A stretch of DNA of 64,000 bases from Octopus sinensis. Its lineage: Eukaryota. Under the pieces are notes generated by a model. It saw only the letters and a program-made list of their open reading frames with translations. It had not been told where the DNA came from and searched no databases. The position numbers and the translations under genes were made by a program. Below, piece by piece: positions 1 to 12,737 of the stretch. Numbering within the stretch: position 1 is the first letter of the stretch; every line of letters begins with the position of its first letter. The DNA lies in NCBI RefSeq assembly GCF_006345805.1, contig NC_042999.1:93930001-93994000 (forward strand). Reading direction: 5' to 3'.

Positions 1-1645
1 GGCAATGTATCCTGAATCGATAACTAATCCATTCGGGATTAGTTATATGTTCATTTTGATACTCACTGTAAAATATATCAATATAATTGTAATGTTTAAA
101 ACGTAAATTCAAAAACATTAGGAAATTAGACAGATACCTCAACACAAAATCATTCTCCATTAGTGCAAATACAACTTAGAAAATAGAATACCTGAGATTT
201 TTATTTCCATCTGCATCTAGAACATTGATTTCAGTAAAAAAATTGTGATGACTTCATTTTGATTGCAACAGATATAGATTTTAGTGAAAAGGAAAGTTGA
301 ATCAAATTATTATTATCATTAAAAGAAATGCATTAATATATGTTAAAGACAGAGTAAATTAGTATTTGCTCATTTTTTCTAATAATGTAGCAGTCTGCTA
401 CAGGATACTATAGGATACTATGCATAAAAATATTCCTCGATATATGTTTTTAGTATATATCGAACTAATATATACATGTTAGTGTGTAGCTATTCAATGG
501 AGTTTTGTTTTCAGAAAAGCTAAAGTGTTATTTTACTTATTATATATAATATTTTGTGAGTGTGGATTCTGAAGGTTTTGTCTGTGCTTCTCCAATTTTA
601 ATTTCCGATACATTACGTAGATCACATAAAATTCGGAAACGGTAAACATCAATGCAAATTTGGATTCGATATTATAACATCGATTCATTGCACCGTCTTT
701 ACATGTACTTTCGATAAAGTACGGAAAGAGTCATATGAGAAAATTGTATACGATTTTCTAAAGTCCATACTTACTAATTGCTTATTTACAATAAATTGAA
801 AGACAACAGTCCTTTCAATCGTTGTCTAGGTAAAGAAAATAGACACACATCATTATATGTTCAAACAACAAGATATAATTATGTAAGGATGAATGGTTGT
901 AATTTATATAATATCGCATTATCAGGAAAATACACATTTGCGCGCCCCAGAAATAAACAACTGAACAACTATTTACGGAAAATTTAATTCCTATTTGATA
1001 ATTAATTAAAGCTTTGATTAAAAATTCCTTTGTTAACCGTTGTTTACTGAATTAAGGGTGCAAAGATTAATTGAACAAAGTGACTTTCAAACAATATAGT
1101 TAGTAGGAGAGATGAGGTGTTCTTTGAAATTGGACAACAAATACATGTTTTATAGTATTGCATATTTACTATAATCAAATCGATTGCTGCATCAAATAAA
1201 ATTGCATTTAATTTTCACCTCGTGGTGTAAAGTAGGGATATTAATGGAACATGTGTTTGTGTCATTTCAAACAGAAACCAAAAGTCAAAATTTATTCTCT
1301 TAATAATCAAATGTAAAGATAGTGTAGAGTAGGTTATAAGATGCATTAATGATATCTAGGATAACTAGTTAATCGATATATTATTCTTTACACCATCCAT
1401 TATAAATGAACTTGCGCGTATGAATATTGTAACTGGAGATTTATGTAAAATAGGAAACTTCATTCTAATCTCAATGTATTGTAATTCTGTGTCATCCATT
1501 AAACTGAACACAATTGCAATTGTAAATTGTCATTAAATTCCAATTCATTCTCAATTACAACTGCTTTTTCTTTCATAATACAGAAGTATTTACATAGCGC
1601 TACTATTTTGTTCATATCTCTCATATATATTCATATACATTCATA

Positions 1646-1659
1646 CACACACACACACA

Positions 1660-1720
<61 letters not shown>
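1646..1720. repeat. (CA)n microsatellite
   Basis: Directly visible CA dinucleotide run; source of the HTHT/VCVC pseudo-ORFs. Representative of many similar tracts across the window. Confidence 0.95.
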
Positions 1721-1724
<4 letters not shown>

Positions 1725-1902
1725 ACACATACAAACATTTATTTAAAAAATAGGAAATGGATGCGTTAGGTGCTCGGTGAAATCCACATTTAATAATTTG
1801 ATAGCTGTTCGTAATAGTTATCACTTTAAAATCACTACGCAGCATGAGCCCGTAGGTCATGCCGCTCAATGTCTGAAAACAATTTATCTTATCAAACTTC
1901 AG

Positions 1903-1985
1903 ATGCCGGATGGAGTTTTCTACTGAGCAGGCATGTTCACGCAGGAATACTCAGTGTGCTGGCCTGCACTATGTTAATGGTACGG
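1903..1985 (+). CDS. Candidate internal coding exon (CRMEFSTEQACSRRNTQCAGLHYVNGT), unverified
   Basis: Locally GC-richer 83-nt segment between cttcAG and G|GTATGT, open in one frame, Cys-rich. Phase-compatible with a second candidate at 3247-3329. No family assignment possible by eye. Confidence 0.22.
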
Positions 1986-2429
1986 GTATGTTTTCATCGC
2001 ATAACGGATAACAAGAAAATTCACCGAAGATACATAGCAAAATAAAAATACAAAAGGCTCATTAAGGGTTTGTTAAGTAGGATAGCTAGGATATAAAAAA
2101 ATATTTGTTGTGAATGTCAAATAGAAAACAAGTGGTCTACTATTTGGTTCTTTATATGAAAGACGGTTTCCGTATTGTCCCAGAGGTTTATATGCGCATT
2201 TTCTTAATGCAACGCAAACGAAGTTTATATAATCTAGCAATAGGATATAACTATGAACAGCATCATACTAAAGTTGCAATATTCTTTTTTATTCGATTAA
2301 ATAAAAGTTCTTTGCTATAAAACGCAGTTTTATATCCAAAAATTTTACTATATAAAATAATCATACCTAATATTTTGATAATAATCAAAGCCTCATTGTC
2401 TATGCGTATATATATTAGTGTGTGTATGC

Positions 2430-2509
<80 letters not shown>

Positions 2510-3246
2510 AAGTGTTTGTATGTGTGTGTGTGTGTGTGTATGTGTGTCTACACTTGCATTTCATTGGAAAAGAAATCAAAATTTCTGAGAAAGTGTTATA
2601 CTGTGTATTAAAATAGGTTAAAAGAGTACATGGAGTTGCAGTGAGAAATGGATTATCTGAGTTCCAGTCAATTTCTCTCTTCAGCGAAAATTTGAAAGGA
2701 GATATAACAGAGTATTGCATTTTCTATGCTAAACAAAAACTGATTTCAATACATAATGAATGCAGGGCCATGTGAGCTTCATACGTGGGCAACAAGTGGT
2801 AGGAGAAACAGTGTATGAAGGAAGAAAGAAATAGTAGTGAAATGAGGAAGAGACTCACCTAACTAAACAAATGAATTACCTCAACCCTTTTGCATATATG
2901 AACTTCTACTTCTTAAACTAAGAATTAAACGAAATTTGGCTACTATATATAACAATCCACGCACCTGTTCAGATGTGTTTCCTTCTTTGCTCAACCTGAA
3001 TTTTCCATATAATTTTACCTTCTCAAACCCTTGATTATGCATTTTTCAACCGCATTGAGCAAGATAATATGGTGTAATTTAAGAAAATTTTACCTCTGAA
3101 AATTGTTTGACAATGAAAGATTTATCTCGCTGTCTGAATCTGACTGATCATATGTTTCTTTTGCTTTGAACCTTCATTCTTATTCTCCTCCCTTCTACTA
3201 CCACCATTCTCTTTCGCTTTATCTTACTCCAATTTTGTATTTTCAG

Positions 3247-3329
3247 AAATATTTTCTAAAGTAATAGCATCATCAGTTCAGTATTTCGACGAAGCATTGG
3301 CACTCAGATACTCTGTGAACTTTTACTTG
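3247..3329 (+). CDS. Candidate internal coding exon (EIFSKVIASSVQYFDEALALRYSVNFYL), unverified
   Basis: Acceptor ttttgtattttcAG, open frame, weak donor GTTAGG; phase matches the 1903-1985 candidate. Confidence 0.18.
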
Positions 3330-6220
3330 GTTAGGTCTGGACGGTGACAGAAGGGAATGCTATTTTTGTGGAACATATGCATACAGTCATCGCAATATGA
3401 TTTACAGTCCCAGAAAGCAATGTTTCCGCGTGGGTTTTTTTGTGAATTATCAAAGCTCATCAAAAATAACGTTCAGTTTTATATGATTAACCGATCTCGA
3501 AATATGTATGAGAATTTTGTGTGCTGAAATGATAATAACGATACATTCAATAATAAAGACAGGTCTTATATCGGCGTTGAAATTGATCCTATAATGCCTG
3601 TTGCTTAATAATATATACTAGTATTTAATTGAATTTACTCATACATTGAAAAGAAATCGGATTCTAGACTCGGATCAACGTGACACTAACTGTCCTTCCA
3701 CATTGCTCGAAAGCTCGTGTAACTTTATTCTTAGATAGGGGGAAAAATCTATATCTTCTGAAAATATGAACATTAAGCAGAACCAGTCAGAATAGAATAT
3801 GGATAATTCTATAGAAATATTAACCATAATTCGTTTAAAAACTGTATAAAAGAAAGAGATGTAGCTATTCTTCAGGTAATTATAGGTATTATATGGCGTC
3901 AAGTAGCGGGGAATATGTCGATATGAGAGAATAAAGTCCAAATACATTCAGTTATATAATATAATGGCGATACCAAATTCAAACTATGAAGATAAATTAA
4001 TTACTGTTGCTAAAAGCCTTTAGGAGAATTGTTGAAAAAAGAAACTGCTGAGCAACTTAATTTTCAGTTGAAAGTCAGCCAGAACAATTCAAAACATATT
4101 GGACAGACATCAAGTCTGCTAACCTAATTTCTGCTTCCTGCGTGCTATATCTTTGAAAGTTATAATATTGGAGAGATAACTATGTGTTGTTTTCATTTCT
4201 TATTTGAAAAATATACAGGGTTCTCTAAAAAAGATCCTTAAATAGAGTGGAACCTACATTATGTAAAATGTGTTTCGCGTATAATACTAAAATAATCTCA
4301 GTATGAATATTTGAAAACGAATCTTGAATTGAATTTATTCATTTAATTATTTATACGTTTATTTTTCAAATATATTCTTTTCAAATTATAAAATGCTTTT
4401 GGCGGCAATTATACATAATTTATATTGCAGGTGAACGTAGAAGACATAAATATAGTCACAGTTTGTGTTTTGCTGTGTGCTTTATTGAAGTGAAGAATGT
4501 ATTGATTCTTTCCCCATTGTAATCACTTTCAAAATAGTTTCATTTGTATATAGTTTAAACATTCTTCCTTAGGTATGAAATAAATACAGATTAATAACTT
4601 TTTCCTCATTTCCTAGTTTGCTGCTAATTCAATGTTGGTCTAAGGAAAGGAAATTACTATGCTTATAAAAAAAAATCATTGCAATTTTTGCATTCTAAGA
4701 AGACGCATTCATTCATTTTCTTTGATGTTCTTAATTTTGTCATCAATCTTCAAGTCGACAGCTGAACATCTGAAGTCGTTTGCACTATTCAAATGCGGAC
4801 CTAATACATGTGTTGTTTTTCACCGACACGTATTCATTTGATCTGCTAATTTATCATTTCTATGATTTATGGAGTCTTTTGAAATATCAAAACGTACACA
4901 AAAAATACCTGATATGTTTTAACAGTGGCATGTATTAAATTTGAAAATAAATTAGGGAGTTAAAATGAATGCGTACAATCTTGACTTCGAATTAATTTCA
5001 TTTATAAGATGCTGTCATATGTATTGAATTGATTTGGTAGAGTATAACTTATAACGGTAGTGATATTAAAATATTCTCTTTAAATTCGGGTCGATGACAG
5101 GAAATTGACTTTTTTTTTATTTCATCTTTGAAAACAGAAAAAAGTAAATAGCTAAATATGGTATAAAATTAAACTACTTTCAAAAGAGCATAGTTGAAAA
5201 AAAGGGGAAAATTAATTGCTAAGAATCGTCTTTAGGACAGAAATTACATTCCTTTTTACTTAATTTATTACTCAAACATTTCCTATAGCTACTGCATTTT
5301 ACAATTGTTGATGAAACTTATCATTATTTCATATCCGTAAAATAATTAAAATAAATATTTGCATTTCTTCATAAATTGCATTGAAACAACAACAATTACA
5401 TAAACTGATAGTGAACCTCTTCACGATTATAGATGCCAGTTAAAATAGTATGAAGGAATAAAAAGAAGGAACAATTCATAGATAACTCCAACAGAGTAAT
5501 GCATTCTTTAACTGATTACATATGATAAGAAAACAAACAAACAAACTGGTGTGTGTATTCGTCATTAATGATTGAAAGAGGAAGGAAATGTCTGGATGAA
5601 TAAACAGATATCATTATATATGCTTTTAAAAAAGTATTCCACGAAACAATTCAGAGGAAGAAAAACATCATTAATATATTATTGTTGTTATTTATATGAA
5701 ATACATGCTTAATGCTTATATGTAATATATGCATAATACTTATATTATTGTTGTTCGAACCGCTAGGAATACAAAACAAACTCACACAAATCAAATTTAC
5801 AGACTTAAAGATATAAAGAAACATTGCTGATTGCATCTATAGAAATGCAAAGTGAACGGATAGTCAAGGATGATGAGAGACTGCAAAGCTGGTGAAACAA
5901 ATAATATCATATAGCTTAAGTATTAGAAAGATTATATCTTTATGTATTCAATGCCAGGAACACACGCATTCACACACACAAACGTGCATATATATGCGTA
6001 TATCTATCTACTTATCAATCTGTCTTTCAATCAGTATACATACATATATATAATGTACATATATATACATATACATACACATATATACATATACATACAC
6101 AAACAGGTTTTCCAGAAACAAAAGCATACATATGTTGAATGTCTGTCAAATCATTGGTTTAAAGCAAATTTCATTTTCAACATACATAAAATATAGATTT
6201 ATGCTATTACTTGCTTTCTT

Positions 6221-6345
6221 TAAACTGTTTTTTAACTGATGACCGTTGTGATCCAAGCAATACTCCAAAACTACAAGAAACATTTCTTTTGGTACTTGAG
6301 TGCAGACACGTTTGATGACTACCTTTAATTCATCGAACGCAGTAA
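6221..6345 (-). mobile_element. Probable Tc1/mariner transposase C-terminal relic
   Basis: Minus-strand translation DELKVVIKRVCTQVPKEMFLVVLEYCLDHNGHQL resembles the C-terminal ELK..I...C..IP.EM...V....C...NG end of DDE/DDD transposases. No TIRs found. Confidence 0.4.
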
Positions 6346-8259
6346 GAGCAGAAAAAATTAAATCAAAATCTCATCACAGAAGATATACGTCCAAAATAAT
6401 ATTCTATTAATAGATAGATATATAAATATATAAAATACAATTATTTGAAAAGTTTAAAATAACTTACGATCATTTCATTAATAAAATCTAAAATTGATAA
6501 TCATTATTATGTAATACATACACTCGTCAAAGAAAAAGGGTGAATTTCAAACTTGGGCTAAACATTTTGAAGAAATAATATACATCCTTAATTCGTAATG
6601 GCTGCATGTAAATATAAATATTTAAATAATCATACTTTTCATATTTATATATCAGTCTATTAATAAAATATTTTTGACGTATATATTCTGTGATGATTAG
6701 TTGATGTAATTTTTCCTGCTCTTACTTTACAATATATAATAGTTCATATTAAATGTCTAAATACCTTTAAGGTTTTAGACATTTCCCTACCAATGGCACT
6801 TATTCGAAATTCAGTATACTGTATTCTCATTGAATATATCTGATTAACTATATATATATGCAATGCGATTTTATTGAGATGCGCATCTGGCACTTTAAGA
6901 CTTGACCTTTATTTGTATCATTCAGTAATCCAGTATGATGGAGTCTAAATAATATACCGATGTTTTGCGCTTTCATTATTTTTCTTTTTGATTGTTTACA
7001 ATTGTTGACCTTTTGGATTTTAGATTTACTTAAAAGAGGCACGTATACAGTAATGCGTCATTATATCAATTGCACACCTGTCGATCTGTGCTGTCAATAT
7101 CCTCATTTTAAAATTCGGTTGTTTGTTGTTGCAAGGTGTTCCATCGGTTCACTACTCACATCGAAACTGAGTTATATTATTTCTTAAAAACTATACACGT
7201 TCGCTTTCATATGCATCGATCCTGTGGCCGGGGCTTTCCTCATCACTGAATGACCCTATGTCTTAAAGCCTAAATATGTAAAAGATCTGTGTATTTCTCT
7301 AATGTTATGAGATTCAGCTGTCACTTTGCAATTCTGAAAATGAATCATAGGATTACAAAATTTTCTTCGGGTATCTCTGCTTCTTTGGATAAACAGTAAA
7401 TATGGCAGCAATTCTTGGAATGTCATGTTTTTTTTTTTGCTTTTTTTTTGTAAGTAAATTCCATCATGAAATTTCTCATGATATTCCAACCGCAGTTATT
7501 TATTCTTCTTAATACTTTACACTATAATCTTTCATTTGATGTCGTAGGTAACCGATGCACCGTTCACTCTCTAGTTTCACTCTTCATCTATCTTGACATT
7601 TAATTTGAAACCGTTGGTAAAGGTTAAGGTGGTGCTGAATACTGTCGGCGTGTTATTAGTTTATCCTGAAATGTTTTCCCATTTCCTCTCCTTGTTCTTC
7701 TCTCATCTGTAACAATTTAGTCTCATTCATTTTTTGTCATCTTCTAATTTCCAAAAAACGGACCGTATAATTTATTGTGCAAAAACTTACTTTTTCTTCT
7801 GACGGAAATGATATGAGATACGCTTACACAATCTGTCAAACAAAACAAGCTTACCTTTCAACCAGAAAATATTTTATAGTTTCTTTTTACTTCAGAAAGC
7901 ATCTTTACATTTTTTTTTGTTCTGAAAATTTGCTTAAATGGGCATAAGAATAAAATTTGTGATGCCCAATTTTACAGAAATGCGATAATACAAGGTAAGA
8001 ACAATAATCGTTGTGCAAAAATTCTGGGGAAGAAATAAGCGTCAAAGGCTAGAATACCTTTCTTTTATTAGGGGTTGACACTTCGTTATCTAATGAAAAT
8101 TCAAAATGATCTCACTGTGCAAAAAGCCTAAGTGTATTCCGAGAAATTAGAAACAAATAAATGCTTCTAATACAGACAATAAAATATTAAAATGGTAGAC
8201 AGATGCATTATGAATTAGACTAAAGAGTCATCTGTCTTTTCTGTATGCTAGATTTGAAC

Positions 8260-8483
8260 AATTATTGAAGGAGGAGGAGGAGGAGAAGGAAGAGGAGGAA
8301 GAAGAAGAAGAATAACATCGAAAAAGACCTTAGGAATGAGAACCCAGGTTCGAAATTTCCCCAAGACACCTGAAGAAGGCTGGAGGGTATATCAGCCGAA
8401 ACGTTGAGGAGATCTGTCGAATGTAAATAATGTAAATAATGTACATAATTCCTCATCTCTTAAATATAGAATTGAATTATTGA
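8260..8483 (+). mobile_element. Short PLE-terminal-repeat-like insertion with hammerhead-like core, (GAA/GAG)n head and possible 9-bp TSD
   Basis: aattattga flanks both ends (8260-8268, 8475-8483); purine triplet repeat 8268-8312; CTGAAGA-A-GGCTG-loop-CAGCC-GAAAC at 8370-8402. Confidence 0.6.
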
Positions 8484-9639
8484 GATATATTACAGCCATT
8501 TTACAAATTTGGAAAATTTGACATCCTTTAACTGTAAGCGATTGAATTTCAGGACTCGTAAGTTAAGATTTACTTCTCCGGTGGTCGTCACGAAATATTT
8601 TTACCAATATCTGGAAGCAGCGACTCTTGATTTTCGGTGATTGAAAGACATTCTGCCTTTGTAGGTGAGAGAAAAATTCCTAATAGTATGTCTTCTAATA
8701 ACCAAATATATGATCAGCAATTGATCGTTCAACGTGTATGTCTGCATTGGTGAATGAATTTGTTCATATTAACACATCTCAATTTCACATCCATTTTCTA
8801 GTAAACTCTTACCTAAATCTCTGCGACAGTCACTTAAAACAAAAATAAAAAAAGAAGGAGGTGCTGATATAAGTGTTCGAAATTACTCTACAGAGTATTA
8901 ATTTTAATAATTGTATTAATTTTAATAATTGTAGATATGGTACCACTAATCATATATATATATTCTTGCGTTGTACTAGCAGCACGTAAGATGACCCAGA
9001 TGTCGAATGGTTTGTTTTTAATTCTTGTAACTAATAAGAGATTGGTAAACACATTTAACGCAAATAAGGGTATCATTAACATTGAATGAATGAAATTAAG
9101 TATTGGTTTCTGATGCATTTGGTATAATCCCAGACCACGTTCTGATACTCGTTCTTATCATACGTAAAATTTGATTGAATATGCTGTGGAATTTTCTGAC
9201 ATACAAACATATACAAACATTTACAAACATACACAACATATATGTGCGTGTGTGTGCGCACGTTCTGTGTTTTCCTTTCGCAAAAGAAATGAGTCTTTAG
9301 CTTGAAATCCCTTAAAGGTGAAGCATTTTCAAGTTTTGCCTATACTGAACCATCTTTTAATCTTATATTATAAATGACAAGCCGGTCTCCATGTCTCTCG
9401 GTCTGTCACATGAAGCAAAAGAAGGGGAAGAATAAAAAATATAGGTCACAATGTATGTTTAGAAGGGAAGGGGAAAAAGTTGTTGTTCAGAGAGAAAGAG
9501 TGAGTGTATGCCTGTGTGTATGGGAAAGTTAGATAGATAGAGAGATAGAGAGAAGGAGAGAGAGAGAGAAATGGACAGTGAGGTAGTGAAATAATGAGTG
9601 AGTTCGTAACATATATATAGATATTTTTGGCTATGTGTA

Positions 9640-9678
<39 letters not shown>

Positions 9679-10139
9679 TGTGTGTGTGTGTGTGTGTGAG
9701 TGTGTTTCTGAGTCTTTCAACATAGACAGAATAGAATACATATTTTAAAAATGTCTTACTTTGAATAAAATAAGGGGAGGAGAAAAGATTTTGTTCAGTA
9801 GTAGAGTATGTGTATGTATCTGTGCGCGCGCGTGATAGATAAATAAATAGATACATAAATACATAGATAGATATATAGGTACTGATATCACAATGGTAAC
9901 TAACAAGTTTGGATTAAAGCGTGGGAATTTTCAGTGCAAGTCAGTATGTGTATATATGACACTAATACTTTCGTTTTTCTTTCTGTGTGTGTGCGTGTGC
10001 GTACGCGCTTCGCTTTGTTTCTGTATGTGTTTCAATATATGGACAAGGCAACACAAACTTCAAAAAATTAATATATATATATAACGTATCATCATATTTT
10101 CTTAACTGATATTCTGTTATCAAAGTTCATGAGGAAGGT

Positions 10140-10460
10140 CAATGTAAACATTATTTCCGCAATTTGCGAAGGTACGTACATGATTTGGAAAATACTGTTA
10201 TCTGACGGCGTAGTCTACTACCCTACTAAACACCCTAACCATAGACTGCCAGTACTAGACACAGAACTCTGGATGGAAACTGAGAATAATAAAACCTGAA
10301 TCCTTCATTCATGCTATGTCAAACCTATGGCCTCCAAATACTTGATCCACCGAAACTCAGCTATCGCGGTCAATGCCAAATTCAATATTTTGATGGAGGA
10401 TCTCGTCAGTATAATGCGTAATGTGTCTCGCATGTGCGACCCTGCAGAGTTAAAGTGACA
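10140..10460 (+). mobile_element. Penelope-like RT C-terminal/thumb fragment (decayed)
   Basis: Translation YPTKHPNHRLPVLDTELWM...*ILHSCYVKPMASKYLIHRNSAIAVNAKFNILMEDLVSIMRNVS fits the PLE pattern LPxLD..W...Y.KPM.S...I...SA; contains an in-frame stop. Confidence 0.65.
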
Positions 10461-10604
10461 CATACAACATTTCGTTCACCGCAGTAAAAAATAAATAAAG
10501 CTGAAGCAAACTAACACCAAATATATAGTGCGTGTGTTTTTATTGGCTAAACTGGCAAAATGACCATTCTTAAATACAACATATATATATGTATATATAT
10601 AATA

Positions 10605-10850
10605 GAAGGCCAGCATTCGCCCATGCATAGAAGCCTCCCCTCTCCACATCACTGATGTTATCCAAGGCAAAGGCAAAGGCCAATACAGCTTGACACCAGT
10701 GATGTTGCAACTCATTTCTACAGCTGGGTTAACTGGAGCAACGTGAAATAAAGTGTCTTGCTCAAGAACACAACACGCAACCCAGTCCGGGAATCGAACT
10801 CACAAGCTCGCGGTCGTAAGCTCGACGCTCTAAACATTGAACTATGCGCC
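10605..10850 (-). mobile_element. tRNA-headed SINE
   Basis: Reverse complement begins ggcgcatagttcaatgtttagag...gttcgattcccgg (A/B-box-like), followed by gtgttcttgagcaagacactttatttcacgttgctccag; same family as 56762-57080. Confidence 0.85.
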
Positions 10851-10867
10851 TTCACACACAGACACAC

Positions 10868-10907
<40 letters not shown>

Positions 10908-11073
10908 CACACACACACACACACATACTCATATTCAAGGAATGGATAACGATAAAATAAAACGTTATCAGCCACTAAGTATATCTAAAACACTAGAAAA
11001 AGTTGCTGAACAACAGGAGGCTGGAAATCACAGTTATTTCGGCTGCTAGAAAAAACACCCATCTTCTTCGATA

Positions 11074-11125
<52 letters not shown>

Positions 11126-11227
11126 TCGGGGTGATTACTTGATAATTATAAGCACCTGTGTATACCGTTTGGTGGTGTAGGTGGTGGAGTAAATTGATCA
11201 AAATAAAAACATGATGCGAAGGATTCA

Positions 11228-11305
11228 GCGGTACATATGTTTCGGGCCTTTATTAGACAGATTTATAACAATGCATAATGTATGTCTGTGGCCTTCTTCA
11301 GCCGC
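11228..11305 (-). ncRNA. Type I hammerhead ribozyme motif (left-arm copy)
   Basis: Reverse complement of the 11614-11691 motif. Confidence 0.75.
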
Positions 11306-11613
11306 GCACAACAGCTTCCACAAAGACATGTGTTACATCAAAAATTCTTGGTTGGGGATGCAAATCCTCTCATTCGCGTACGACATAATTCGGCAGCAGC
11401 ATAGAATTGAAGCGTCCATCTCTTTCTTCTCTCTTCACACACATCCAAGGCTGTTTGACAGATTCTATTTGACAGATTCTACATTGAGAGAAGAAAGAGA
11501 TGGACGCTTCAATTCTATGCTGCTGCCGAATTATGTCGTACGCGAATGAGAGGATTTGCATCCCCAACCAAGAATTTTTGATGTAACACATGTCCTTGTG
11601 GAAGCTGTTGTGC

Positions 11614-11691
11614 GCGGCTGAAGAAGGCCACAGACATACATTATGCATTGTTATAAATCTGTCTAATAAAGGCCCGAAACATATGTACCGC
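11614..11691 (+). ncRNA. Type I hammerhead ribozyme motif (right-arm copy)
   Basis: GCGG-CUGAAGA-A-GGCC...(extended stem II, ACAGA/UCUGU)...GGCC-C-GAAAC-AUAU-GUA^-CCGC. Stem I is GCGG/CCGC, stem III is the self-complementary ACAUAUGU typical of dimer-forming minimal hammerheads, cleavage triplet GUA. Position 10.1/11.1 is an A-C mismatch. Confidence 0.75.
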
Positions 11692-11727
11692 TGAATCCTT
11701 CGCATCATGTTTTTATTTATATATATA

Positions 11728-11765
<38 letters not shown>

Positions 11766-12662
11766 ATTCAATTTCCTAGCATTCACTTTGTCGTTCACTT
11801 TACTGTGTCAAACACATTTATACATGTACCTAATGGGACGATACTTGCCAGCGTTGCTGAAATAATATAAGGAGTAGGGTTTCATAAATTATATATTTTG
11901 ACAATGATTTTCTTTTAAAGGCGCAATGAAAAAATTGTATTATATGCGATACAATATGCATTACAACATTCTCTTTGTTCATTTATTCATATATACATAC
12001 ATTCCTTTCTCCAATCATACATATATACATATATGTTTGCATACATGGATACATAGATACATACCATACATAATGCACACGCACAAACATACGAATTTCT
12101 CCTGGCTGATGACTAAAGTTGTACCTATATAAATTTTACGACGGCTGTTTCGGGAGAAAATGATACTTTATTATGTGTGTGTGTGTGTGTGTGTATAGAT
12201 GGACAGAAAGTTATATATATATGTATGTATATATATATACTGAGAGAGAGAGAGAGAACGAGATAGGTAGACAGACAAACAAACAGACAGTCAGGTAGAT
12301 AGATAGGTAAACAGATAGATATAGATATAGATTATAGAGATAATTATTGTTTCGATGAGTGAGCATCTGAAAATATGTGGAAACAGCAGTTTTAAGATTC
12401 TAAAAATACCCAAAAGTGATCCAAAGTACCAGAATGGAATTAACTAGCAATGGTATTAAGTAGGTTTTATATTTTATAAACTTAAACTAATCGTATACTA
12501 TACATTTACAAACGCTTTAAAAATCTTGATGACAAAATATTGTCTCAGGTTAACCAAATCAGTTTACTACTGAATACTATCGTTTGTAACGTCTTTATTG
12601 GTATTGCTGAAAGAAGTCGTAAAATTGAAATAAGTTCATTTAACTAACCAACATACGGCACA

Positions 12663-12737
<75 letters not shown>

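Larger units (their letters stand above)
11201..11718. repeat. Near-perfect inverted duplication: 233-bp arms (11201-11433 / 11486-11718), 52-bp spacer
   Basis: Arms are reverse complements with one mismatch found (caaaga vs caagga). Explains the two mirror-image ORFs in the ORF track. Confidence 0.97.

Noticed and set aside
1770-1970. Selenoprotein-like read-through (GVFY-TGA-AGMFTQEY)
   Set aside because: No homology recognised and no SECIS evident; an in-frame TGA alone is uninformative.
10790-10850. tRNA genes (also 19205-19245, 56762-56830)
   Set aside because: A/B-box-like heads run directly into SINE bodies or are truncated and do not form a complete cloverleaf.
11211-11708. Two ORFs with an identical 74-aa N-terminus on opposite strands (apparent gene pair)
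   Set aside because: A by-product of the DNA palindrome; no protein motif, and the conserved feature is an RNA structure.
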